A stretch of 64,000 nt of DNA from Promethearchaeota archaeon (GTDB taxonomy: Archaea; Asgardarchaeota; Lokiarchaeia; Sigyniarchaeales; SOKP01): NCBI GenBank assembly GCA_019058015.1, contig JAHLWH010000134.1:1-64000 (forward strand), in the 5' to 3' direction. Both the position numbers and the translations under genes were made by a program. Position 1 is the stretch's first letter. Each line of letters begins with the position of its first letter. Below are positions 29,650 to 38,598 of the stretch, one piece after another. The notes below the pieces were generated by a model, which searched no databases, was not told the origin of the DNA, and saw only the letters and a program-made list of their open reading frames with translations.

Positions 29650-29997
29650 ATGCTCTATTTTTCATATTTTTTTAATCGCTAATTAGCCTTAATCTATCTT
29701 TCTTTTACATTATCCCTTTACTTAAATTATTTATAAAGTCCTTGAATTTTCTTTTTGATTATTTAATACAAAATAAATCATCACTGCGATTGAAATAAAG
29801 AACTTAATTAAAAATTCTCAAATAAGTTTTGAAATTGTTATTTCTTTTTTTCTATTAGAAACAAGAATCTCTTTTTTTATACTTAAATAAATTTTTTGCT
29901 TTGATTTCTAACATTATTCTACTCATTTCTATCTTTACAAATGCAAGGAGAACAATCCAGCTTTAATTAAATCTATTCAAAGATTAAGGTATAATAT

Positions 29998-30768
29998 TTA
30001 TTTACTAACTTCATTTGCGGCTTTTAAAATTTCATAAAACGAATCAATATTGAGTGATGCGCCGCCAACTAATCCACCATCGATATTAGGCTGATTAAAT
30101 AGATTTCTCGCATTATTTGGTTTTATAGAGCCGCCATATTGGATCCTAACTTTTTCTGCAGTATCTGAATCATAAGTTTTATTTATATGTCCCCGAATAA
30201 ATTTATGAACTTCTTCTGCTTGTTCAGCTGTTGCTGTCTTTCCGGTTCCAATTGCCCAAACAGGTTCATACGCAATGATCATTTTTATAATTTCTCCCTT
30301 TGATAAATCCTTAAATGTATTTTTCAATTGATAATCGATTATCTCTTCCGTCTTTCCTTGTTCCCTTTCTTCAAGATGTTCCCCAATACATACAATTGGA
30401 TTCAATCCAATAAAAAGCGCCTTTTTTAACTTTTTATTTATCAATTCATATGTTTCTCCAAAAATATTCCTTCTTTCACTATGTCCCAATATAACATAAT
30501 TACAACCGACATCTTTAAGAAATATTGGTGAGATATCTCCCGTAAATGCACCCTTATCTTCAAAATACATATTTTGCCCAGATAAATTAATATTTGTGCC
30601 TTTAATTATTTTTGAGACTTCATACAAAACAGTAAAAGGCGGCGCAATTACTATATCAACATTATTTAAATCCTTAACCATGGGAATTAATTTCTCAACA
30701 AATTCCTGGGCTTCTTGTGGACTTCCCAAATTCATTTTCCAATTCCCTCCAATGATTTGCTTTCGCAT
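29998..30768 (-). CDS. tpiA: Triosephosphate isomerase (bacterial/eukaryote-length type)
   Basis: GNWKMN, GAFTGDIS, ILGHSERR, AYEPVWAIGTG, YGGS, DGGLVGGASL; 256 aa. Confidence 0.97.
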   Translation of the reverse strand: MRKQIIGGNWKMNLGSPQEAQEFVEKLIPMVKDLNNVDIVIAPPFTVLYEVSKIIKGTNINLSGQNMYFEDKGAFTGDISPIFLKDVGCNYVILGHSERRNIFGETYELINKKLKKALFIGLNPIVCIGEHLEEREQGKTEEIIDYQLKNTFKDLSKGEIIKMIIAYEPVWAIGTGKTATAEQAEEVHKFIRGHINKTYDSDTAEKVRIQYGGSIKPNNARNLFNQPNIDGGLVGGASLNIDSFYEILKAANEVSK

Positions 30769-31070
30769 AATTCTAAACTCCTAATTCTTTTAGTTCAATA
30801 TTATTTAGGTTTTTATATTAAAAAAATTTCTATACTTTTTACTTAATTTTTATCTTACAATTATCCCTAATAAACTCACTTATTCAAATATATTTAATTT
30901 TAATAGGTTATTTTAAAATAGAAACAAAAATTGAAATAGAAAAAGGTTTTTTTAATTTTAATTAATTTTTTTAATTACAATCTTAATATTATAAGATAAT
31001 AACTTAAATTGATAAGCTAATTTTCAATTTTTTCATTAATTTTTTTATTAGTTAATAAAATTGGTTAAAA

Positions 31071-32288
31071 ATGAAATATAGAAAAATGGGATCTCTTGAT
31101 TGGGAGGTATCTATTCTTGGATTTGGGGCTATGCGATTACCGATAGATAAACAATCTAAGATCATTGAAGAAGAATCAATAAAAATGATTCGTTATGCTA
31201 TTGATAATGGAGTAAATTACGTTGATACGGCGTATCCTTACCATGATGGTGAAAGCGAAGTCCTAGTGGGAAAAACATTAAAGGATGGTTATCGGGAGAA
31301 AATTCATCTCGCTACAAAATTACCAATGTGGTTAGTTAAAAAAACAGAAGATTTTGACTTTTTTCTTAAACAACAAATTGAACGATTACAAACAAATCCT
31401 GATATCTATCTGTTCCACGGTTTAACTAAAGAACGATTCCAAAAAATTAAAAACTTTAATTTAATCGAAAAGATGGAAAAAGCAAAAGCTAAAGGTTTAA
31501 TTAAGTATATAGGATTTTCATTTCATGATACTTTTGACGTGTTTAAAGAGATAATTGATTACTATCAATGGGATTGTTGTCAGATCCAACACAATTATCT
31601 TGATATTGAATTTCAAGCAGGTACTAAAGGATTAAAATATGCTGCCAGTAAAAATATTGCAGTAATAATTATGGAACCGATTCATGGCGGAAAGTTAGCC
31701 ATTCCCGAGCACAAATTAGATACAAAACCAGAAATCAAGAAAATTCTTGAAAAATCAAAAATTAAAAGAACTATGCCTGATTGGGCCTTACAATTCCTTT
31801 GGAACCAACCCGAAGTCTCAGTCGTATTAAGTGGAATGAGCACTATGCAACATGTTGTAGAAAATATAGAATCTGCAAATAATTCAGGAATTAATACACT
31901 AACTGAAGATGAATTACAAACTATTTCCGAATTGCGTGATACATATAGTAAATATATAGTTGTACCGTGCACGAGCTGCGGATATTGCTTGCCATGTCCA
32001 AATGGAGTCGCTATCCCAGGAGTTCTTAGACTCCTAAATGAACTTGCGTATTGGGGTGAAAGAGGAAAACCTAGAATTGCCTTTTTTTATAATGGAATGG
32101 TAAAAACACAAGAGGATTTGGAAAAAAAGAAGTCTCAAGGTGACGAAATTGAAGGAGCCGCCAGTTTATGTATTCAATGCGGCGAATGTCTCGATAAATG
32201 CCCACAACAAATAGAGATTCCTTCTATTCTTGAGAAAGTTAATGCCATATTTGAGGAAGGTAAAAAATTTTCAGATGTTTTTGACTAA
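31071..32288 (+). CDS. Aldo/keto reductase with C-terminal 4Fe-4S dicluster
   Basis: LGFGAMRLP, DTAYPYH.G.SE, IGFSFH, CTSCGYC.PCP, CIQCGEC..KCPQ. Confidence 0.93.
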   Translation: MKYRKMGSLDWEVSILGFGAMRLPIDKQSKIIEEESIKMIRYAIDNGVNYVDTAYPYHDGESEVLVGKTLKDGYREKIHLATKLPMWLVKKTEDFDFFLKQQIERLQTNPDIYLFHGLTKERFQKIKNFNLIEKMEKAKAKGLIKYIGFSFHDTFDVFKEIIDYYQWDCCQIQHNYLDIEFQAGTKGLKYAASKNIAVIIMEPIHGGKLAIPEHKLDTKPEIKKILEKSKIKRTMPDWALQFLWNQPEVSVVLSGMSTMQHVVENIESANNSGINTLTEDELQTISELRDTYSKYIVVPCTSCGYCLPCPNGVAIPGVLRLLNELAYWGERGKPRIAFFYNGMVKTQEDLEKKKSQGDEIEGAASLCIQCGECLDKCPQQIEIPSILEKVNAIFEEGKKFSDVFD

Positions 32289-32453
32289 TTTGATTTGTTA
32301 TTAATTTTAAAAATGAAGATCAAATCAAATCATTAGTAGAATGAAAAATAAATCAAGTAGCACTAGTTTTAGCTTCAAGTAAAAATTGGTCTATAGAACT
32401 TTATTATAGAATATTTCTTATTTCATGACCATGGAAAATACTTTGGTACTATT

Positions 32454-32909
32454 ATGAGTAAATCAAAATCAATAAATATAGGTAAATCAATGGACATTAT
32501 CTTCATTATTTCCTCTATTATTTTCAACATTTCAGTGAGTATTTTGTACATTGCAACAAAATTTAGCAACATGGAACTCTTGCAGGTCAGTGGTATTATT
32601 GTCATTTTTCTGATAATTCCTTTTACTATCACATAATTAGGATATATGAAGGAGAAAGAGGAAAAAAAGATAATAATATCTCTAGTAATTATTCTATTCT
32701 ATCTCTTTTTGGAAATATTATTAGATTATATCCTCATAATTCCATTCAGAGATATACTAGCACTTCACATCCCCTACATTATAGTCTTTTATGCCGCTGA
32801 CTTCTGCATGATAGGTGTTTCTTTCAATAAAAACAAGAAAATGGGATATGTCGTGATAGCAACATTCTTGATATTGCTAGGATGTCTGATTTACAGGTAT
32901 ATGGGTTAA
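32454..32909 (+). pseudogene. Small polytopic membrane-protein gene interrupted by one in-frame TAA (32634-32636)
   Basis: ORFs 32454-32636 and 32646-32909 are in frame: FTIT*LGYMKEK. Confidence 0.7.
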
Positions 32910-32928
32910 ATTCTCCGAAAATTAATTT

Positions 32929-33016
32929 TATTTATTTTTTATTTTTGATTGAATTAATTCTCAAATTTTAATTTAAATAATTTTTAAACCCTTTATTAAA
33001 CATTATTTTATTAATT
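32929..33016. repeat. Direct repeat copy A (LMW-PTP 3' end plus downstream AT-rich flank)
   Basis: 32929-32988 is identical over 60 bp to 34707-34766. Similarity continues about 28 bp further with a few differences. Confidence 0.9.
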
Positions 33017-33059
33017 CTCTGACCTCCCTATAAACTCCTATTCCTTTCATGGTTGGCTC
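32968..33059 (-). pseudogene. LMW-PTP 3' remnant A
   Basis: EPTMKGIGVYREVRELIK*CL[frameshift]NKGFKNYLN* aligns with DPSMKELSGFREVRNSIKKCLNKGFKNYLN*. Confidence 0.7.
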
Positions 33060-33636
33060 CCTTTTTCCTCGATTTTGGTATTCCTATCCATTTTGGGGTC
33101 TTATCCATATATTCACGATATTCATTCCCATACTTTTCAAGGCACCATTTTTCTTCGGAAGGTATCCAAATGTGCATTAGGATTAAAAATACTATTCCGC
33201 ACAACAGAAAAATCCAGGAAACACAAGCTATGCCTATACCGATGAATATCAAGAAAATACCAAAGTTCATAGGATGCCTTGAAATACGATACACACCTTT
33301 GGTAACCGGTTTATCCAATGGAGTAGTAGCAAAAGCTCCGTTCGCTATGACGAGAAAAATTATACACAACCAATAGACAATGAATCCGGCATAGAACCAA
33401 GCTGTATCTAGATTCAACGGCAAGAAAATACTATAAAATATTATAAATAATATTAAGAAAGCTTCGATTTTTGAAACTCTTTTCTCTTTTTCAGTATGTC
33501 GGGCTAATTCTTCCTTAGACTCATATGTCTCTCTTCTCTTAAGAATAATATTACTAATAATACTTATTAAGATCTGGGGAACGATAAAAATCCAAGCGTT
33601 ACATAAACCTAACTCAAAAGCTGGTATAAGTGACAT
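33028..33636 (-). CDS. Isoprenylcysteine carboxyl methyltransferase/PEMT-family membrane protein
   Basis: VTKGVYRISRHPM, EE..C..KYG.EY.EY...TP.W; multiple TMs. Confidence 0.88.
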   Translation of the reverse strand: MSLIPAFELGLCNAWIFIVPQILISIISNIILKRRETYESKEELARHTEKEKRVSKIEAFLILFIIFYSIFLPLNLDTAWFYAGFIVYWLCIIFLVIANGAFATTPLDKPVTKGVYRISRHPMNFGIFLIFIGIGIACVSWIFLLCGIVFLILMHIWIPSEEKWCLEKYGNEYREYMDKTPKWIGIPKSRKKGANHERNRSL

Positions 33637-33704
33637 GATTTCACACCTTATGGTTCACTTTCACTCTTTGATTTTTTATTCATTTTCTCATTCCTTCATT
33701 CATC

Positions 33705-34637
33705 CTAGAAATCGTCTGCTTCACTTCTATAAAATTTGTCGCCGTAAACTTGCTGGAATGTCGCAGACTTCCTTAACGGTTTTACCATTAATACACCGTA
33801 ACTTCTATTTAGTACCATATATCCTCTGGATTGGTATGCTTGAAATATTTTGTTGTCAAGGACCACTCTGTCGATTACTATAGTTTGCGCTTTCTTTTCC
33901 ACTTCGTCAATCAATTTGTTTGCTTCGTCGATTGTAGGCGAGATGATTTCTTGCACTAGAATCGTTTCTTTTCGTTCTTTAAGAAATACATATCCCATCT
34001 TAGTAATAATCGACGTTTCTGGTTGTATATCCCCACTTTTTTCAAGCATCTTAAAGTATCCTTTGTCTCTAACCACGAAGCCAGTTTTTTTGGCAGAACA
34101 TTGGTTGTAGATTTCCAAAATTTTCTCCCAATCTAGCCTCTTTTTTCCATTTTCGGCTGTTTTAGATTCATTGGTTTTTTGAAGTATTTTATAAGCGCTT
34201 GGGAATTCTATGGCGATTTTATAGCCTAGTTTTTGATAGTAGGCAAACGCTATGAGGTATTTGCTGGTATTTAAGAAAGAAAATCTGTAACCTTGTTCTT
34301 GGAAGTATTGGTGGGCTCTTTGTATGAGGGTCGTAGAGATCCCCTTTCTCGCATGGTTTGGGAGGGTGGCTACTCCATGTATTCCTCCAGCGAGTTCTAT
34401 TGATCCGTCTAGGGTTCTTGTGGCTAGATCCATCACTCCGACGAAACCGACTACTTGGTTGTTTTCTACCGCACAGTAGCCTACTGGACTGTCTTTTAAC
34501 CGAGGATCGATTTTAATGATTTTTTCACGTTTTTGAGGGTTAAAAGGCCAGGAAAATGCTTGATCCATTAGTGGAACAAACTCGTTTTTTAATCGTAGTT
34601 CTTTGTAGGTAATAATGTGCATCCCAATACCACTCAT
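33705..34637 (-). CDS. GNAT acetyltransferase (Eis-like, two-domain)
   Basis: GGIHGVATLPNHARKGIS..L, YYQKLGY; visibly more GC-rich than the flanks. Confidence 0.88.
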   Translation of the reverse strand: MSGIGMHIITYKELRLKNEFVPLMDQAFSWPFNPQKREKIIKIDPRLKDSPVGYCAVENNQVVGFVGVMDLATRTLDGSIELAGGIHGVATLPNHARKGISTTLIQRAHQYFQEQGYRFSFLNTSKYLIAFAYYQKLGYKIAIEFPSAYKILQKTNESKTAENGKKRLDWEKILEIYNQCSAKKTGFVVRDKGYFKMLEKSGDIQPETSIITKMGYVFLKERKETILVQEIISPTIDEANKLIDEVEKKAQTIVIDRVVLDNKIFQAYQSRGYMVLNRSYGVLMVKPLRKSATFQQVYGDKFYRSEADDF

Positions 34638-34706
34638 TTGGTTGAATTTAAGCTAAATCTGAGAATTCTAATGTGTTTAATAAGTATATCACTATTAAAA
34701 TTTCCG

Positions 34707-34796
34707 TATTTATTTTTTATTTTTGATTGAATTAATTCTCAAATTTTAATTTAAATAATTTTTAAATCCTTTATTCAAACATTTTTTTATTGAATT
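34707..34796. repeat. Direct repeat copy B
   Basis: Partner of 32929-33016; offset 1778 bp. Confidence 0.9.
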
Positions 34797-34988
34797 ACGT
34801 ACTTCTCTAAATCCACTTAATTCTTTCATTGAAGGATCCCCAATATCTCCCCAATCACCTGCGAATTCTCTCAGTGTATAAATTTCCTTTCTCATAGATT
34901 CATCGAACCTTTTTATCTCTTCCTTGTGTTTCTCTGTTAAGGTCAAAATCAAATCAGCTTTCTTAAATATCGACGTTTTAAATCTAAT
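34746..34988 (-). pseudogene. LMW-PTP C-terminal half, remnant B
   Basis: ADLILTLTEKHKEEIKRFDES..KEI.TL.E.A...GDIGDPSMKEL.GFR is homologous to the C-half of 35920-36423 and lacks the CX5R N-half. Confidence 0.88.
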
Positions 34989-35025
34989 CTAATTACAACT
35001 AAAAAGATTTAATAATAAATTTAAT

Positions 35026-35862
35026 TTAATTTTGTAAAAAATCTATGATAATCTTATTTATTTCGGGAGCTCTTGATAATGTCATAAAATGTCCTGCTTT
35101 TTCAATAATATTTAAGGTACTATTTGGAATTCTTTTATGCATCTCAATAATAGATGATTTGGGAGTCAATCTATCGTGAGAAGCTGCAAGTAATAAGGTT
35201 TTATTTTTAATTTCACTCAATCTTTCTAATGTATTATGTTTGGCAATGGCATGTGCTCGATTTTCAATATCTTGAGGAGTTGGTGGATCTATCGTACTTT
35301 CTCTTATAAGCTCCTCTACTGACCAAATTCCATGAAATTTTTTCTTAGGATTAGCTTCCATTTGTTTTCTAAATTCTTTATAATATAATACTCGAGCTTT
35401 TTGCCAAAACTCTTTCACTGGATCTTCTTTAAGTCGTTTCAAACCTTCAATATAGGATTCTTTAAGCATTTTGGCTCCTTGTTCATCTGGCATACCTGGA
35501 TTAGTAGTAATTAGCACTAATTTATCTACACATTCAGGATAATTTAATACAAAATGCTGAGCAATCATCCCACCCAAAGATCTTCCAATTAAATGAACCT
35601 TTTTGATATGAAGATAATCCATTAAACCTTTTATATCATCTGCAAACATCCCCATAGTATAAGGTTTATTTGGGCGATCGGATTTACCAGAACCACGAAT
35701 ATCAAATGTGATTACTTTAAATTTTTTGCTTAGCGCCCCCACTTGTGAGTTCCAAATCTCTTTTTTTGCACCAAACCCATGAATTAAGATTATAGGAATA
35801 ATTTTCTCTCTGCCGTAAATTTCATAACAAAGCTTTATTCCATTAATATCTGCAAAACTCAT
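35026..35862 (-). CDS. Alpha/beta hydrolase
   Basis: IHGFG, FDIRGSGKS, GRSLGG nucleophile elbow, D(RLTP), AGH. Confidence 0.93.
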   Translation of the reverse strand: MSFADINGIKLCYEIYGREKIIPIILIHGFGAKKEIWNSQVGALSKKFKVITFDIRGSGKSDRPNKPYTMGMFADDIKGLMDYLHIKKVHLIGRSLGGMIAQHFVLNYPECVDKLVLITTNPGMPDEQGAKMLKESYIEGLKRLKEDPVKEFWQKARVLYYKEFRKQMEANPKKKFHGIWSVEELIRESTIDPPTPQDIENRAHAIAKHNTLERLSEIKNKTLLLAASHDRLTPKSSIIEMHKRIPNSTLNIIEKAGHFMTLSRAPEINKIIIDFLQN

Positions 35863-35919
35863 AATATTAAATATTTACTTTTAATAATAATAACTTTAAT
35901 GAATGGTGGAAATGCACAA

Positions 35920-36423
35920 TTAAATATCAAATAATATTAAAATTTTTTTTAACCCTTTTTCTAAACATGTTTTAATTTCATTTCTTGCCTGCCTAAAGCC
36001 GGCCAATTCCTTCATCGACGGGTCTCCAATATCTCCCGTCTCCTCAGCAATTTCTTTTAATGTTAGAATCTCCTTACCTTTAGATTCATCAAAATTTTTA
36101 ATTTCTTCTTTATGCTGCTCAGTTAAAGTTAAAATCAAATCAGATCTTTTAATTAAATCTCGGTGTTTCTTTAAATCGATAGATAAATAATTTTCAGGCA
36201 AATTTATTCCAATCTCTTCCATCACCAATCTAGCATCCAATGAGGTGAGCATCCCATCCCTTGCATGAGACGATATTCCCCCTGAAAAGACTTTAACTCC
36301 TTGAATGTCATTATCTGCCAAAAATCTTTTCAAAAAACCTACTACCATCGGGCTTCTAGCGGTATTAACGCTACAAACGACCAATATCGACTTATAAGGA
36401 AATTGCTTCTCTCTACTACTCAT
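35920..36423 (-). CDS. Low-molecular-weight protein tyrosine/arginine phosphatase (LMW-PTP/ArsC fold)
   Basis: P-loop VCSVNTARS (CX5R), DLILTL, general-acid DP. Confidence 0.9.
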   Translation of the reverse strand: MSSREKQFPYKSILVVCSVNTARSPMVVGFLKRFLADNDIQGVKVFSGGISSHARDGMLTSLDARLVMEEIGINLPENYLSIDLKKHRDLIKRSDLILTLTEQHKEEIKNFDESKGKEILTLKEIAEETGDIGDPSMKELAGFRQARNEIKTCLEKGLKKILILFDI

Positions 36424-36475
36424 TTCTTGTACAATCTAAAAGAAGTTAAAATTTAAAAGAAAAAATATGAAATAA

Positions 36476-37357
36476 TTAGACGGCATTATATCTTTCTAAC
36501 AGTGTTTGTGGACGTGCTCTATGAAGTTTTAAGTTAAGATCGTCATATTTATAGCCCATTGCAAGTGCTAATAATTCTGTTAGGTAGAGAATAGGTATGT
36601 TATATTCCTTTTCGAATAACTTTTTCAAATTTCTCTGAGAGTTGTCCATTTGTTGATAACAGGCAGGACATATTACTACGAAGCACTTAGCACCAGCCTG
36701 AATAGCGCTATCAAATTTTTGCTTTAATATTTGCATTGCTGGCTCTTCTTCAGTATTTCCAACACCCGCTCCGCAACATAAAACTTCTTCATCGTAATCA
36801 ACTGCAGTTGCACCAGTTGCCTCAACTAATTCACGTAAACACTTGGGTTCCATAGGATCGTCCCATTGCATAATATGAGATGGTCTAGCGTAATGGCATC
36901 CCGTATGGCAAGCGACTTTAAGGCCAGTGAAAGGTGTCGTTATAGCTTCTTTAATCTTTTCTATGCCTACATCTTCGATTAAAATTTGCACAAAGTGTTT
37001 TACACTAATTGTCCCTTTAAATTCTCGACCAATCTTTGCCAGAACCGCATTTATTGAAGCCCTTTCTTCTTCACTCTGTTTTAATTCGACATTAACTGCT
37101 TTCAAAGTCTGAGTGCATCCATTACATAATGAGGCAATAGATCTATTATCATTTTCTGCAATGGTGAGATTTCTCGCGCTCAAAACCATCCAGCTTTTAT
37201 GGTGAACTGCATTAAATCCTACTGGATCTGGACAACAGTTAAAAGGTGCATCGAATGTTTTTACGCCCAATTTATCAAAGACTTTCCTTGCTGAATCTTC
37301 TAAGTAAGGTAAGCGATTTGGGATAACACATCCTGGAAATAAATCGTATTCTTCCAT
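36476..37357 (-). CDS. hdrB: Heterodisulfide reductase subunit B
   Basis: FPGC, CCP, CNGC, HTGCH..RP, CCGAG, CPAC (two CCG domains). Confidence 0.95.
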   Translation of the reverse strand: MEEYDLFPGCVIPNRLPYLEDSARKVFDKLGVKTFDAPFNCCPDPVGFNAVHHKSWMVLSARNLTIAENDNRSIASLCNGCTQTLKAVNVELKQSEEERASINAVLAKIGREFKGTISVKHFVQILIEDVGIEKIKEAITTPFTGLKVACHTGCHYARPSHIMQWDDPMEPKCLRELVEATGATAVDYDEEVLCCGAGVGNTEEEPAMQILKQKFDSAIQAGAKCFVVICPACYQQMDNSQRNLKKLFEKEYNIPILYLTELLALAMGYKYDDLNLKLHRARPQTLLERYNAV

Positions 37358-37887
37358 TATTTTTCTCCCTCCTTCTTTTCTTCTTCTATTGGTCCTATTA
37401 TTTTTTCAAGTCCTGTTTCTTTTAATAATGCTCTAACTTCTTTTTTATCAACTTTTGGTGCTTTAGGTAATCCCATCTGATCACGTCTTCTCTCTATTGC
37501 TGGTGCTAGTGGAATAGCCTTACCATGTTCTAAAATAAATTTTGCTTGAGTTGTATAATAATCAGGAGCTTCTCCTTTTTTTACGCTCATATTTTTTAAT
37601 AAGGTAAAGATCTCGGTCAATTCAACATTCTGAGGGCACATTTCATCACATGTATCACAAACAGTGCAGCCCCAGATATTAAAATTATTTTCGGTACCTA
37701 GTAATAAATTATCTTTAAGTCCTAAAAGTGAATTTAAAATTAATTTTCTCGGATTATATCTACCATTGGTTACTTGAGCCACTGGGCAAGCTCCAGAGCA
37801 TGTTCCACATTGATAGCAATAGGCGAGTGTATTTCCCAAATCTTTTTGGATAATACTATTACGGAATTCGAAATCGATAACTGCCAA
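37357..37887 (-). CDS. hdrC: Heterodisulfide reductase subunit C
   Basis: CYQCGTCSGACP and W.CTVCDTCDEMCPQ; 1-bp overlap with hdrB. Confidence 0.95.
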   Translation of the reverse strand: MAVIDFEFRNSIIQKDLGNTLAYCYQCGTCSGACPVAQVTNGRYNPRKLILNSLLGLKDNLLLGTENNFNIWGCTVCDTCDEMCPQNVELTEIFTLLKNMSVKKGEAPDYYTTQAKFILEHGKAIPLAPAIERRRDQMGLPKAPKVDKKEVRALLKETGLEKIIGPIEEEKKEGEK

Positions 37888-38036
37888 ATCTTATCACTAA
37901 ATTTTTTTGTAATTTAATTTTGTAACAATTCCAAAAAATAAAAGACTAACTCTATTTGATTTTAAAATTTTTTTTAAAAAATCATGTAAATACTATATAA
38001 TTTAAAATAAAGAAAAAAAAATGTTTAATTTACTAA

Positions 38037-38405
38037 TTACTTTACAGATTCATTTTCTTCCATAATTCCAAATTGATTTCCTTCTGTATCCTTAAAAAAT
38101 GCGAAATATCCAACTCCAGGAATAGAGAATTTCGGTGTTGTAATTGTTCCACCATTTTTTACAATTTTTTTACAAAATTCATCTACGGAAGGTACATCAA
38201 TGAAATTAAAAATTTTATCATCAGGATTTTCTCTTTTCTGTAAACCTCCATCAATACCTGGGATGTCTTCTTGGCCTGTACTGATTAACCAATATTCGAC
38301 AGAACCTTCCCATTTTTCAATTTTCCAATCAAAAACATTCTCATAAAATTTTTTTGCTCGTAATGGTTGATCAGCATTAATTTCAAAATGAGTAACTCTA
38401 GGCAT
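38037..38405 (-). CDS. VOC/glyoxalase-family protein
   Basis: HFEI.AD...RA..FY..VF.W, GIDGG, IPGVG, DTEGN.FG. Confidence 0.92.
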   Translation of the reverse strand: MPRVTHFEINADQPLRAKKFYENVFDWKIEKWEGSVEYWLISTGQEDIPGIDGGLQKRENPDDKIFNFIDVPSVDEFCKKIVKNGGTITTPKFSIPGVGYFAFFKDTEGNQFGIMEENESVK

Positions 38406-38598
38406 ATTTTCACCTTAGTTTTTTTTTATTATTTATACTAAACAATTTCAGAATTATATTAATAAAATGTCTAAATCCCGTAAATTAAAGAAATAATATA
38501 TATATAATTAATTTTAAAAAAATACCAGAAAGTGAATAAAAATCTTTTTAAAATCAATTAAGAGAAAAAATTCTGCATTTTAAGCAACTACGTGAAAT

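Noticed and set aside
23609-32636. Stop-codon reassignment (TAA read as Gln), suggested by two in-frame TAA codons and an odd tRNA-Gln
   Set aside because: Most intact genes in the window end in TAA at family-typical C-termini (for example HypE PRIC*, GlmS VTVH*). The tRNA anticodon is TTG, not TTA, and the second case is best explained as Leu TTA to TAA.
32929-36423. Classical integron or IS/composite transposon
   Set aside because: No integrase or transposase, no attC-like inverted structure and no terminal inverted repeats were seen. It is reported only as a direct-repeat hotspot.
36476-37887. hdrBC plus F420 genes as evidence for methanogenesis
   Set aside because: HdrBC and F420 are widespread in non-methanogenic archaea, and there is no mcr, mtr or hdrA in the window.
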